Source: Candidatus Limnocylindrales bacterium
GTDB taxonomy: Bacteria > Chloroflexota > Limnocylindria > Limnocylindrales > CSP1-4
Direction of reading: 5' to 3'
Assembly (NCBI GenBank): GCA_038329515.1
Contig: JBBQNA010000003.1
Coordinates: forward strand, 1 to 56,372
DNA: 56,372 bases
Shown here: piece after piece, positions 8,401 to 18,371 of the stretch
Layout: the number at the start of each line of letters is the position of its first letter
How positions within the stretch are numbered: the stretch's first letter is position 1
Made by a program: the position numbers and the translations under genes
The notes under the pieces: generated by a model
Seen by the model: the letters and a program-made list of their open reading frames with translations, nothing else
The model's database searches: none
Told to the model about the DNA's origin: nothing

Positions 8401-9071
8401 CCCGCAGCGGGCTGGTCGTCGTGGACTACGGCGCCGGCAACCTGGTGAGCATCCGCAATGCCCTGGAGCTGCTGGGTGGTACGCCGAGCATCGGGACCAC
8501 GGCGGCCGATGTCAGGAGCGCATCGGTCATCGTGGTGCCCGGCGTGGGCGCCAGCGGACCCGCCATGGAGCGGTTGGAGCGACAGGGGCTTGCCGATCCG
8601 ATCCGCGACGCGGTCCACGACGGTGCCTGGTACGTGGGCATCTGCCTGGGCATGCAGCTGTTGTTCGAGCGGTCGGATGAGGATGGCGCGCAGATGCTGG
8701 CGCTGCTGGAGGGTGACGTGGTGGCCATCGCGGATGCACCACGCCTGCCCCATATCGGTTGGAATCAGCTCGAGGTCCAGCGACCGCACGTTGTGATGGG
8801 CGGCGTCGCGGATGGCGCGCCCGCGTACTTCGTGCACTCCTACGTGGCGCGCCCCGCAGATGCGTCGATGGTCATCACCGAGACCGAGCACGGCAGCCGC
8901 TTCCCGAGCATCGTGGTGTCCGACCGCGTCATCGGCTATCAGTTCCACCCGGAGCGCTCCGGCAGCGACGGGCTGCAGCTGTTGCGGAACATGCTGGACC
9001 TGACGGGACTCGTACCCGGGACCGACAGCTCTTGGTCCGAGACCCAGGCCCTCTCTGCCAGCGTGGGCTGA
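8397..9071 (+). CDS. hisH: Imidazole glycerol phosphate synthase, glutaminase subunit
   Basis: VDYGAGNL, PGVG, GICLGMQLL, PHIGWN, YFVHSY, QFHPERS. Confidence 0.96.
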   Translation: MTRSGLVVVDYGAGNLVSIRNALELLGGTPSIGTTAADVRSASVIVVPGVGASGPAMERLERQGLADPIRDAVHDGAWYVGICLGMQLLFERSDEDGAQMLALLEGDVVAIADAPRLPHIGWNQLEVQRPHVVMGGVADGAPAYFVHSYVARPADASMVITETEHGSRFPSIVVSDRVIGYQFHPERSGSDGLQLLRNMLDLTGLVPGTDSSWSETQALSASVG

Positions 9072-9074
9072 CCG

Positions 9075-9857
9075 ATGCTCCTGCGCCGTGTCATCCCCTG
9101 CCTGGACGTCAAGGACGGCCGGGTCGTCAAGGGCGTCCGATTCGTTGACCTCACCGATGAGGGCGACCCGCCAACGCTGGCCGAGCGCCACGCCCGAAAC
9201 GGTGCGGACGAGATCGTGTTCCTGGACATCTCGGCCGCTCCCGAGGCCCGAGGCACCCTCCTGGACGTGGTGGAGCGAACCGCGAAGCGCGTGTTCGTGC
9301 CCCTGACCGTGGGTGGTGGTGTGCGCTCCGCGACGGAGATGCGGGACGTGCTGCGGGCGGGGGCGGACAAGGTCGCCGTCAACACCGCGGCCATCCGTGA
9401 TCCGTCGCTGCTGACGACGTGCGCCCGGACGTTCGGTCGCCAGTGTGTCGTCATCTCGGTCGACGCCCGCGCCGTGCCCGGTGACGCCGAGCGTTGGGAG
9501 GTCGTGGTCCAGGGCGGCCGGGAGGCAACGGGCCTCGATGCCATCGAGTGGATCCGTCGGGCGGTGGAGCTGGGCGCCGGTGAGGTGCTCCTGACGTCCA
9601 TCGACCGCGACGGCACGGGCAGCGGCTTCGACCTCGCACTGCTGCGCGCGGCGAGCGCAGCGGTGGACGTGCCCATCGTGGCATCGGGTGGGGCAGGCAC
9701 GCCCGGCGACATGGTGGCGGCCATCACGGAGGGCAATGCCGACGCGGTGCTTGCCGCATCCATCTTCCATCGCGACATCCATTCCATCGCCACGGTCAAG
9801 GACGCGCTGGCCGCCGCCGGCGTGCCCGTCCGACGCACGAACGGGCTCGCGGCGTGA
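9075..9857 (+). CDS. hisF: Imidazole glycerol phosphate synthase, cyclase subunit
   Basis: [50 protein letters not shown]. Confidence 0.97.
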   Translation: MLLRRVIPCLDVKDGRVVKGVRFVDLTDEGDPPTLAERHARNGADEIVFLDISAAPEARGTLLDVVERTAKRVFVPLTVGGGVRSATEMRDVLRAGADKVAVNTAAIRDPSLLTTCARTFGRQCVVISVDARAVPGDAERWEVVVQGGREATGLDAIEWIRRAVELGAGEVLLTSIDRDGTGSGFDLALLRAASAAVDVPIVASGGAGTPGDMVAAITEGNADAVLAASIFHRDIHSIATVKDALAAAGVPVRRTNGLAA

Positions 9858-10543
9858 CGGCCGCTGTGCGGACCCTGGACCCGGATACGATCCGCTACGG
9901 CGAGCAGGGCCTGATCGCCGCTGTCTGCCAGGACGCCAGCGACGGGCGGGTGCTGATGGTCGCGTGGCAGGACGCCGAGGCCATCGAGGCGACGCTGCGG
10001 ACCCGCGAGATGCACTTCCATTCCCGGTCGCGGGGCCGCTTGTGGCGCAAGGGCGAGACGAGCGGCAACGTGCTGGCGGTCGCCTCGGCCAGCCTGGACT
10101 GCGACGGGGACGCCATCCTGTGGTCGGTCACCCCGACGGGTCCGGCGTGCCACACCGGGACGCGGTCCTGTTTCGACCTGGACGTGGATCCGGGTCCAGG
10201 CGGGGACGTCCCCGCCACGCATCCCCAGGGCTTCGCATGGCTCGAGACGCTGTGGGCGACCATCGACGAGCGGGCACGGCTGCGACCCGCGGGTTCCTAC
10301 ACGACCCGTCTGTTGGATGCCGGGGTGGACCTGCCGGCGCGCAAGGTCGCCGAGGAGGCGGTCGAGGTGCTCATGGCTGCCAAGGACGACGCGGTCGCCC
10401 AGGCGACTGACGACCCGGCACGCGACCAGGGTCCACTCGCTGGCGAGATGGGTGACCTGCTGTACCACCTGCTGGTGCTGTGCGCCGAGCGTGGCCTGCC
10501 ACCGGCCGAGGTCCTGGGGGTCCTGCGAGCTCGTCACTCCTGA
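9854..10543 (+). CDS. hisIE: Bifunctional PR-AMP cyclohydrolase / PR-ATP pyrophosphatase
   Basis: [19 protein letters not shown] and ACHTG..SCF (HisI), followed by [14 protein letters not shown] and DLLYHLLV (HisE). Confidence 0.95.
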   Translation: MTAAVRTLDPDTIRYGEQGLIAAVCQDASDGRVLMVAWQDAEAIEATLRTREMHFHSRSRGRLWRKGETSGNVLAVASASLDCDGDAILWSVTPTGPACHTGTRSCFDLDVDPGPGGDVPATHPQGFAWLETLWATIDERARLRPAGSYTTRLLDAGVDLPARKVAEEAVEVLMAAKDDAVAQATDDPARDQGPLAGEMGDLLYHLLVLCAERGLPPAEVLGVLRARHS

Positions 10544-10565
10544 CCTGCGAGCTCTTCACTCCTGA
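10522..10565 (+). repeat. 22-bp tandem duplication of the hisIE 3' end, including the stop codon
   Basis: CCTGCGAGCTCGTCACTCCTGA (10522-10543) is followed immediately by CCTGCGAGCTCTTCACTCCTGA (10544-10565); one mismatch. Confidence 0.9.
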
Positions 10566-10665
10566 CCCGCCGCCGGCCTGAGGCGCGCCCGGGGCGCGGA
10601 TGAGGCTTGCGACTTCGGCCGGGCCGCAGGCGGAGCCGCGCCCGAGAGGGTCCAGGAATCAAGGA

Positions 10666-10755
10666 ACGAGCCTGGCGATCGCGAGGCTTCCGGACTCCGC
10701 GGAGAGGAGGGAGGAGAACGCTCGGTCCGTTCGCGACTCGCGATCGCTTGCTCGT
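10666..10755 (-). ncRNA. Candidate small RNA: long irregular hairpin with a CU-rich (CCUCC) apical loop
   Basis: Stems ACGAGC/GCTCGT, an 11-bp GCGATCGCGAG/CTCGCGATCGC and CGGAC/GTCCG. On the - strand there is a GAA/GAA internal loop and an apical loop UUCUCCUCCCUCCUCUC. It lies between convergent hisIE and tyrS. The strand is inferred. Confidence 0.45.
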
Positions 10756-10889
10756 CTGTGTCGTAGTACACACCCCGAGGCCCCCGCAATCAACCTCGGT
10801 GGGATCACGAGTCGATTGTCAAACCGCAACAATCGGGGCCGGGCGAGCGTGACGCTGGCCCTCAGCGGGTCCTCAGGTGCCTCTCAGGT

Positions 10890-12146
10890 TCATCCGTCCC
10901 GCCGGACAACGACGAGCCGCTTTCGGCCCTGGCGCAGCAGGTGGTACCGCCCGGCCACCGGCGTGGGCAGGGGATCGTCCATGGATGCGACCCGGATGCC
11001 GTTGATGGACATGCCGCCCTGGGCGATGGCGCGGCGGGCCTCGCCCTTCGACGTGAACAGGCCGCTGTCCACGGCGAGGCCGATGAGATCGGTGCCCTCC
11101 CCTGACCAGGCGTGACCGGCGACCTCGCGATACAGCACGTCGAGCACCTCGGCGTCGGTGACCGGCTCGCTGGAGAAGGCCGCGGTCGCGACCCGGACCT
11201 GCCGGTCGGCCTCGTCCGCGCCGTGGATGCGCGCCGTGAGGTCATAGGCGAACGCGCGCTGTCCGGGCCGCTTGCCGGGATCCGCGACCTGCTCGGCCAT
11301 GATGGCGTCGATCCGGTCTCGGGGCATCAGGGTCAGGCGCGTCAACAGCGTGGACACGTCGGCGTCATGGGCATTCAGCCAGTACTGGTAAAAGGCGTAT
11401 GGCGACGTGATGGTCGGATCCAGCATCACCGAGCCGGCCTCGGTCTTGCCCATCTTCCGGCCGTCCGAAGTGAGCAACAGCGGCTGCGACAGGCCGTGCG
11501 CCGCGTTCCCGGTGACACGCCGGATGAGCGAGATGCCGGCCGTGATGTTGCCCCACTGGTCGGCGCCACCCATCTGCATCTCCACCTCGCGGTCGCGATA
11601 CAGGTGCAGGAAGTCGGTCGCTTGGAGCGTCTGGTAGCTGAACTCCGTAAAGGACAGGCCACTACCCAGGCGTTGCTGCACGGAGTCCTTCTCCAGCATC
11701 GTGGAGATGGTGAAGTGCTTGCCGATGTCCCGGAGATAGTCCAGGAGGTGGTACTCCATCAGCCATTCCCGGTTGTCGACCATGCGTGCCTGCGCGGGAC
11801 CCGGCTCGAAGTCCAGGAAACGCTCCAGCTGCGACCGGATCGATGTCGCGTTCGCATCGACCTGTTCCGCCGTCAGCAGCACCCGCTCGGCGCTCTTGCC
11901 GGAGGGGTCGCCGATCATGCCCGTGCCGCCACCCACGACGGCCACGGGCCGACCGCCATGTCGCTGGAGATGGACGAGCGCCATCAGCGGTACCAGGTGG
12001 CCGACGTGCAGCGATGGACCGCTGGCGTCGAAGCCGACATATGCCGAGATGGGCCCGGTGGCCAGGCGCTCCTCGATGCCTTCGGAGCGATCCTGGAGCA
12101 GTCCCCGCCACTCAAGCTCGGCAAGCAGATCGGTCATCGAGGCCAT
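10890..12146 (-). CDS. tyrS: Tyrosine--tRNA ligase
   Basis: YVGFDASGPSLHVGH (HIGH), IGDPSGK, QMGGADQWGNI, KMGKT, and a C-terminal S4-like domain. Confidence 0.97.
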   Translation of the reverse strand: MASMTDLLAELEWRGLLQDRSEGIEERLATGPISAYVGFDASGPSLHVGHLVPLMALVHLQRHGGRPVAVVGGGTGMIGDPSGKSAERVLLTAEQVDANATSIRSQLERFLDFEPGPAQARMVDNREWLMEYHLLDYLRDIGKHFTISTMLEKDSVQQRLGSGLSFTEFSYQTLQATDFLHLYRDREVEMQMGGADQWGNITAGISLIRRVTGNAAHGLSQPLLLTSDGRKMGKTEAGSVMLDPTITSPYAFYQYWLNAHDADVSTLLTRLTLMPRDRIDAIMAEQVADPGKRPGQRAFAYDLTARIHGADEADRQVRVATAAFSSEPVTDAEVLDVLYREVAGHAWSGEGTDLIGLAVDSGLFTSKGEARRAIAQGGMSINGIRVASMDDPLPTPVAGRYHLLRQGRKRLVVVRRDG

Positions 12147-12286
12147 GAGGGGCAGGCATCCTCCGGTGGGACATCGCGGGTGGGTCAGGGTGCCAGGGGT
12201 GGCCTGACGGGGACCCTATGCTAGAGTCCGGGCGCGATGCAGTCTCGCCAGCCGCCACGCGGGTCGGCCCGTGGGAACCAGACCTC

Positions 12287-15208
12287 GTGAGCAGCCAGGG
12301 CCAACCACCCGGCGGCTGGGGCCCGCCACCGCCCGGATGGACGCCGCAGACGGCGCCCGCCGCAGGCGGCAGGCGGCCACCGCCTCCACGCCAGAAGCCC
12401 AGTGGTGCACGCCGCCTGTTCACGGTGGGCATCCCCGCACTGGTCTACGGCGCCATGGCGACCGTGGCCGTGCTCGCCTTCGTGGGCGTCATCGGCCTGT
12501 TCCTGTCGTACACCAGGGGCCTGCCCGATCCCAAGGACCTGGAGACCATCCAGCCCGCCCAGGAATCGATCATCTACGACCGGAACATGGTGGAACTGGC
12601 CCGGTTCTCGTCGGGTGAACGCCGGGAGGTGGTGGCCTTCCAGGACATCGCACCCATCCTCATCGATGCCACGACGGCCATCGAGGACAAGACCTTCTGG
12701 ACCAATACCGGCTTCGACCCCCTGGGCATCGTGGCGGCGGCCCTGGACTCGATCCGCGGGCGAGCACGCGGCGCATCCACCATCACCCAGCAGCTGGTCC
12801 GCCAGCGGCTGCTGGATACGGACCTTGTGGCGGAAGGCGGTCGTCTGCCGGAGCGCAAGGTCAAGGAGCTCATCCAGTCCATTCGGGTGACCGAGGCGTT
12901 CCCGGGTGATTCGGGCAAGGAACGGATCATGGCCGCCTACCTGAACCAGAACTTCTACGGCAACAACAGCTACGGCGTGAAGACCGCGGCTCGCAGCTAC
13001 TTCGGGGTCAAGGACCTGGACAAGCTGACGCTGGCCCAGGCGGCGATCCTGGCGGGCTTGCCGCAGGCCCCCGGCAGCTATGACCTGGTCCGGAACGCGG
13101 AGGAGACCGATCTGGGTGACGCTCGCTGCCCCGATCCGGGACCCGAGGTCTCGTGCCTCATCGTGCCCGATGACTCCTCCATCGTGCAGCGCCGCAACTA
13201 CATCCTGCGGCTATTGGCGGACGACCCCTCGCGGCTCCACGAGAGCGGCAGCGCCTACAGCCGGGGGGACTTCCTGGACGCCATCGACGACCCGGCCGTG
13301 ATCATCGACCAGGTCACGCGGCCCACGCGCGCGCCACATTTCGTGTGGTACGTCCGCAACCAGTTGACCGCCGCACTCTGCGGCGACGAGACCACCTGCC
13401 CCCTCCTCGAGCTCGGCGGCCTGCGGGTCGTGACGACGCTCGACTGGAAGGTCCAGCAGGTTGCCCAGAAGTGGCTCGCGGTCGCGGTCATCGCCCCCCA
13501 CCAGCCCAACCCGCGGTCGTATGCGCGGTCCCGTGGTGTCACCTACCAACCCTGGATGCAGCGCCTCGAGAACAACTCGGTCTGGAACGGTGCGCTGAGC
13601 GCCATCGACTATGAGACGGGCGAGATCATCGCCTACGTCGGCTCGGCGGACTACTACGGCAAGAAGCGGGGCAAGAAGTTCCAGCCCCAGTTCGATGTGC
13701 TCACGGACGGCTGGCGACAGCCCGGCTCGGCGTTCAAGCCGTTCACCTACGCGACGGGTATCAATGACCAGGCCATGACCGCATCCACGATGCTCATGGA
13801 CGTGACCACCGACTTCGGGAAGTTCACGCCGACGGATTTCGACCAGCTGGAGCGGGGCCCCCTGCGACTGCGCAAGGCGCTCCAGTTCTCGCTCAACATC
13901 CCGGCGGTCAAGGCCCTCGCGCTGAACGGCATCGGCCACGTGTACGACATGGCCAGGAAGTTCGGGCTCCACTTCCAGCTGGCCCGGAAGCAGGCGGGCT
14001 TGTCCATGGCACTGGGCACCCTCGAGGTGCACCCGCTGGACCTCACGACCGCCTATTCCACGCTCGCCAACGACGGCGTGTTCCTGGGTAACGCCGCCAT
14101 CCTCTCCGTGCGGGACACGGCGGGCACGGATGTGCTGCCGCCGTACGACGTTCCCAACGGCCGCGAGGTCATCACGCCCCAGGCGGCGTACGTCGTCACG
14201 GATATCCTGGCGGGCAACACAGACCCCAACCAGAACCCCATCTGGGGCGCCATGCGAATCACGAGCGACGCCGGTCGACGTCGGCCAGCAGCGCTCAAGA
14301 CGGGCACCAACAACGATGCCAAGGACATGTCTGCATACGGCTACTTCGCGCCACCGACGGCCGCTGGTCGCAAGCTGGGGGAATATGCCCTGGCGCTGGG
14401 TGTCTGGATGGGCAACAGCGACTCCAGCCCCGTCGGCAGTGCGGCGGATCCGGTGTTCTCGCTCGACACCGCCGGACCCCTGTGGCAGGCGGTCATGAAC
14501 GAGGTCACGGCCGACTGGCGGGTCAACGACTTTCCGCGGCCGAACGGGGTGGTCACCGCCAACGTGGACGCCTTCACCGGGTTCAAGCCCTCGGTGTACT
14601 CCAAGCAGCAGGTCAAGGAGGTGTTCATCAAGGGCACGCAGCCTGGCGACGACCCCTACATCCAGGCCATCGACGTCATGACCGGGCTGGACGGCCGCAC
14701 GTACCGCTGGAGCGATGGCTGCACCGGCGAGCGGGTGCGCAAGGGATACCTGGTGCTCACCGACGCCGATGCCGGACACGACACGTGGCAGGCCGCCAAC
14801 AAGGGCTGGATCGCGCGTGCTCGGCGTGGTCCGGGGATCCGGGGCGGGCCCAAGAACACCGCGACCGCGTACTTCTATGGGCCGAGCTTCCAGCCGTATG
14901 GCCGGAGTTGGGGGGCGCCCTTCGCGCCGACCCGGGCCTGCGACTCGGCGCCCAGCCCGGAGCCCAGTGCGGGACCGACGGAGTCGCCCAGCGCGGCGCC
15001 CACGGACCTGCCGACGGAGGCACCTACGGATGAGCCCGCCGTGACGCCCGAGCCGACACCGACTCCCGAACCGACCCCGAAGCCGACCCCGAAGCCGACC
15101 AAGAAGCCGACGCCGACGCCGACCTTGGAGCCGACACCAGAACCCACGCCGGAGCCCGTGGTGACGCCGGAACCAGTGGTGACCGACGCCCCTACCGACC
15201 CGCCCTGA
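12287..15208 (+). CDS. Class A penicillin-binding protein (transglycosylase + transpeptidase) with a Pro/Thr-rich C-terminal tail
   Basis: TM helix; EDKTF, GASTITQQLVR, RKVKE and YLNQNFYG (GT51); PGSAFKP, SLNIP and KTGT (transpeptidase). The start is uncertain (GTG 12287 or ATG 12218). Confidence 0.93.
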   Translation: MSSQGQPPGGWGPPPPGWTPQTAPAAGGRRPPPPRQKPSGARRLFTVGIPALVYGAMATVAVLAFVGVIGLFLSYTRGLPDPKDLETIQPAQESIIYDRNMVELARFSSGERREVVAFQDIAPILIDATTAIEDKTFWTNTGFDPLGIVAAALDSIRGRARGASTITQQLVRQRLLDTDLVAEGGRLPERKVKELIQSIRVTEAFPGDSGKERIMAAYLNQNFYGNNSYGVKTAARSYFGVKDLDKLTLAQAAILAGLPQAPGSYDLVRNAEETDLGDARCPDPGPEVSCLIVPDDSSIVQRRNYILRLLADDPSRLHESGSAYSRGDFLDAIDDPAVIIDQVTRPTRAPHFVWYVRNQLTAALCGDETTCPLLELGGLRVVTTLDWKVQQVAQKWLAVAVIAPHQPNPRSYARSRGVTYQPWMQRLENNSVWNGALSAIDYETGEIIAYVGSADYYGKKRGKKFQPQFDVLTDGWRQPGSAFKPFTYATGINDQAMTASTMLMDVTTDFGKFTPTDFDQLERGPLRLRKALQFSLNIPAVKALALNGIGHVYDMARKFGLHFQLARKQAGLSMALGTLEVHPLDLTTAYSTLANDGVFLGNAAILSVRDTAGTDVLPPYDVPNGREVITPQAAYVVTDILAGNTDPNQNPIWGAMRITSDAGRRRPAALKTGTNNDAKDMSAYGYFAPPTAAGRKLGEYALALGVWMGNSDSSPVGSAADPVFSLDTAGPLWQAVMNEVTADWRVNDFPRPNGVVTANVDAFTGFKPSVYSKQQVKEVFIKGTQPGDDPYIQAIDVMTGLDGRTYRWSDGCTGERVRKGYLVLTDADAGHDTWQAANKGWIARARRGPGIRGGPKNTATAYFYGPSFQPYGRSWGAPFAPTRACDSAPSPEPSAGPTESPSAAPTDLPTEAPTDEPAVTPEPTPTPEPTPKPTPKPTKKPTPTPTLEPTPEPTPEPVVTPEPVVTDAPTDPP
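14950..15205 (+). repeat. Low-complexity Pro/Thr/Glu coding repeat (PEPTPTPEPTPKPTP...)
   Basis: Direct translation of the PBP C-terminus. Confidence 0.85.
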
Positions 15209-15228
15209 CCCGCTCGATGTAGTTCCAG

Positions 15229-17655
15229 CTAGAGGGTGATGATGGTGGCCCCGTCGCCACCTTCGCCGCGCTCCCCTGGTCGCCAGTCCTTGACCAGCGG
15301 ATGGCCACTCACGAGGGTGCGCACCGCATCCCGGAGCGCACCCGTGCCATGTCCGTGGATGACGGTCAACCGGCCAGCCCCTGCGAGCGCCGCGTTGTCC
15401 AGGGTCTGGTCGAGCAGGTCGATGACCTCGTCCACCCGCGCACCGCGGACATCCAGCTGGGCCGGGATGGCGCGGGGTGGCCCGGACCTGGCGCCGAGCG
15501 CCGCACGCACCGCCGCCGGGTCACCGCGCGGTGCTCGAGGTGCATCCGGGGCGCCGAAGTCACCTCGGCGGCCCGTGTTCGGCCGCTCCGGGATGGTGGT
15601 GGTGCCGCCTCCGGCGCCGCCGCGGATGGGCGCCAGCTCGCCGTGCTCCAGCTCGGCGAGGGGCACGTCCACGTGTGCGCCGCCGGTGGCAAGCGTCGCG
15701 CGACCCCGGCTGACATCCACGGCCGCGATGGTGCCGACCCAGCCGGTGCGAGTGGAGACGCGTTCACCGATGCGCCACTCCCCTGTCTCGACTGGCTCCG
15801 GACTTCGGGAGCCGGCTCCGGGGATGGCAGCCAGGCGCTGCTCCAGGCGCGCCATGGCGTCATCCAGCCGGGACTCGGTGAGCGTCTGACGCGACAGCAG
15901 ATCGCGTGCCGCGGCGATCTCGGCGTGGATGGCGGCGACCGCCACCTCTGCCTCCTCGCGCGCAGCAGCGGCCGCCTCGCGTCGCTCCTGGCGGGCACGT
16001 CGTCGTTCGTCCTCGGCGATGCGCCGGGCTTCCAGGGCGCGCTCCTCGGCCACGAGGGTGGTCTCACGCACGGAGTCGATCTGCTGCTGTGAGGCCTTGA
16101 TGGAGGCAAGGGTCTGCTCGAAGTCCTGTTGCGCACGGCTCAGTCGTGAGCGCGCGTCCGCCACCAGCTCCGCCGACAGCCCCAGCCGCTCCGCGATCGC
16201 GAACGCCTGGCTGGTGCCCGGCAAGCCGATGGTCAGGCGGTATGTCGGGCTGAGGGTCTCGAGGTCGAACTCCACCGAGGCGTTGCGCGCCGCCGGGGTG
16301 TCGTGTGCGTACACCTTCAGCTCCGCGTAGTGGGTGGTGGCCACGACCAATGCCCCGGAGCGGATGAACTGGTCCAGGAGTGCCTGGGCCAGTGCCGAGC
16401 CTTCGGTCGGGTCGGTACCGGCGCCCAGCTCGTCGAGCAGCACCAGGCAACCAGGTCCGGCCGCAGCCACGATGCGCACGATGGAACGCAGGTGACCCGA
16501 GAAGGTGGACAGTGACTGGGCCACGGACTGCTCGTCGCCGATGTCCGCGAAGACGTCCCGCAGGATGGGCAGCCGGCTCCCCGTCGCGGCCGGCACATGC
16601 AGCCCCGACTGGTGCATCAGGCACAGCAGGCCGACCGTCCGCAGCGCCACGGTCTTGCCGCCCGTATTGGGGCCCGTGATGACGAGGGCCGTGTAGCCGT
16701 CCCCAAGCCGCAGGTCGATGGGCACCACCCGACCCGAGAGACCGGGATGTCGGGCGGACAGCAGCACGATGTCGCGCCTCGAGGTCTCCGCCCGGATGCC
16801 GTCGATCTCCGCGGCCAGGCGTGCCCGGCTGGCCCAGAAGTCGAACCGGGCGAGGGCATCCAGCGTCTCCCGCAGCGGCCCAGCCTGGGATGCCACGAGC
16901 GCCGAGAGGTCATCGAGGATGCGCTCCTCCTCCACCTGGACCTTGAGCTGGGCCTCGCGCCAGGCGTTGCCCAGCTCGACCGCGACGAGCGGCTCGATGA
17001 ATAGCGTCTGGCCGCTGCCGGACTGGTCGTGGACGATGCCCCGGACCTTGCCCTTGGCGTCGGCGCGCACCGGGATGACGTAGCGACCGTTGCGCAGGGT
17101 CACGATGGGCTCCTGGAGCGCGCTGCCAAGCTCGGTGCCGTGGACCAGCTGCTCCAGCCTGGCGCGCAGTCGCTCGTAGGACAGCCGGACGCTCCGACGC
17201 AGGCCACCCAACGCGGGGGACGCGCCATCCAGGATCTCCCCCGCCGGGTCGATGCTCGCCAGCAGCCGGTCGCGCATCGATGGCAAGGGCGTGATGGACC
17301 GCGACAGCTCGTGCAGTCGGGGCAGCTCCACCGGCCGGAGTGCCTCTGCCAGGCGTGCCGCCGCGACCAGCGTCTCCGCGACGGCGACCAGGTCGGCAGG
17401 ATCCAGGCGACCGCCCCGGTCGGCACGCCCGATGGCCATCCCGATATCCCGCGCGCCACCGATGCCCGCGTCGGCACGACCCGCGAGGAAGGCGCGCGCC
17501 TCGTCGGTCTCATCGAGGAGCCTGGCCACGATGACCGGGTCGCTCGACGGTGTCAGCGTCTCGGCGAGCCGGCGCGACGGCGGGAACGAGGTGTAGTCCG
17601 CCAGGCGGGCACGCAGGGCGGGATACTCCAATAGCTCCTGGGAACGCGCGTCCAT
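15229..17655 (-). CDS. mutS2: Endonuclease MutS2 with C-terminal Smr domain
   Basis: MDARSQELLEY start at 17655 (TGATG overlap with mpg). Motifs ITGPNTGGKT, DIGDEQS..QSLSTFSGH, LLDELGAGTDP, TTHY, LDVRG, IHGHGTG and GEGGDGAT. Confidence 0.96.
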   Translation of the reverse strand: MDARSQELLEYPALRARLADYTSFPPSRRLAETLTPSSDPVIVARLLDETDEARAFLAGRADAGIGGARDIGMAIGRADRGGRLDPADLVAVAETLVAAARLAEALRPVELPRLHELSRSITPLPSMRDRLLASIDPAGEILDGASPALGGLRRSVRLSYERLRARLEQLVHGTELGSALQEPIVTLRNGRYVIPVRADAKGKVRGIVHDQSGSGQTLFIEPLVAVELGNAWREAQLKVQVEEERILDDLSALVASQAGPLRETLDALARFDFWASRARLAAEIDGIRAETSRRDIVLLSARHPGLSGRVVPIDLRLGDGYTALVITGPNTGGKTVALRTVGLLCLMHQSGLHVPAATGSRLPILRDVFADIGDEQSVAQSLSTFSGHLRSIVRIVAAAGPGCLVLLDELGAGTDPTEGSALAQALLDQFIRSGALVVATTHYAELKVYAHDTPAARNASVEFDLETLSPTYRLTIGLPGTSQAFAIAERLGLSAELVADARSRLSRAQQDFEQTLASIKASQQQIDSVRETTLVAEERALEARRIAEDERRRARQERREAAAAAREEAEVAVAAIHAEIAAARDLLSRQTLTESRLDDAMARLEQRLAAIPGAGSRSPEPVETGEWRIGERVSTRTGWVGTIAAVDVSRGRATLATGGAHVDVPLAELEHGELAPIRGGAGGGTTTIPERPNTGRRGDFGAPDAPRAPRGDPAAVRAALGARSGPPRAIPAQLDVRGARVDEVIDLLDQTLDNAALAGAGRLTVIHGHGTGALRDAVRTLVSGHPLVKDWRPGERGEGGDGATIITL

Positions 17656-18371
17656 CAGGTCGTTGGGTCGGTCGCCCGCGCTCCCGCAGGGAACGGACGG
17701 GAGAGCGACGCGCTGCCAGCACGACCGAAACGCCAGGGTCGCTCGGCCCACCCGGGACCGGCATATGCCACTCCGATGCGCGCCCCTGTGACCACTGCCG
17801 TCGGGTGGGACTCGCCGTGGGCCGCATCATCGGCGATCCATAGCGGACCAGGGCGCGTGAGGTCGTGACCATCGAAGCGCCGGTCGATGGACATGCCCGC
17901 GCAGAGCAGCCCGGGACCTGCCAGCAACCGGGCATCGGGTGCCCGCGCTGGGGGCCGCGCGCGGCGCATCTCGGACACGCCCTCGACTGGCTCCAGGGCG
18001 CGGATGAGCACCGCGCCGGGACGGCCGTCGGTCTCCGCGACGACGTTGAAGCAGTGATGCATGCCGTAGACCAGGTAGACATAGGCGTGGCCGGCCGGTC
18101 CATACATGGGCTCGGTGCGTCGCGTGCGCCCGGCCCGAGCGTGGCTGGCCCGGTCGTGCTCGCCGGCGTATGCCTCGGTCTCCACGACGCGGCCGACGCG
18201 ATGCAGCCCGGCGTCCTCGCGCACGACCAGCCGACCCAGCAGCGCCCGCGCGAGGTCCTCGGGCGAGCGTTCGAACCAGTGCGGTGTCAGGGGTGCCATC
18301 GCAGCGACCCGGAGCACGGGCTCCGGTGGTGTGCGCTGGGTGTCCGCCGTCTGCCCGGCGGCCGCGGTCAT
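17655..18371 (-). CDS. mpg: DNA-3-methyladenine glycosylase (MPG/AAG family)
   Basis: VETEAY, DRASHA, YVYLVYGMHHCFNVV, AVLIRALEP, GPG, RIGV. The true start may be slightly downstream. Confidence 0.93.
   Translation of the reverse strand: MTAAAGQTADTQRTPPEPVLRVAAMAPLTPHWFERSPEDLARALLGRLVVREDAGLHRVGRVVETEAYAGEHDRASHARAGRTRRTEPMYGPAGHAYVYLVYGMHHCFNVVAETDGRPGAVLIRALEPVEGVSEMRRARPPARAPDARLLAGPGLLCAGMSIDRRFDGHDLTRPGPLWIADDAAHGESHPTAVVTGARIGVAYAGPGWAERPWRFGRAGSASLSRPFPAGARATDPTT

Noticed and set aside
12147-12286. T-box upstream of tyrS
   Set aside because: No GGTGGNACCGCG-like motif on the - strand, and the intergenic space is too short.
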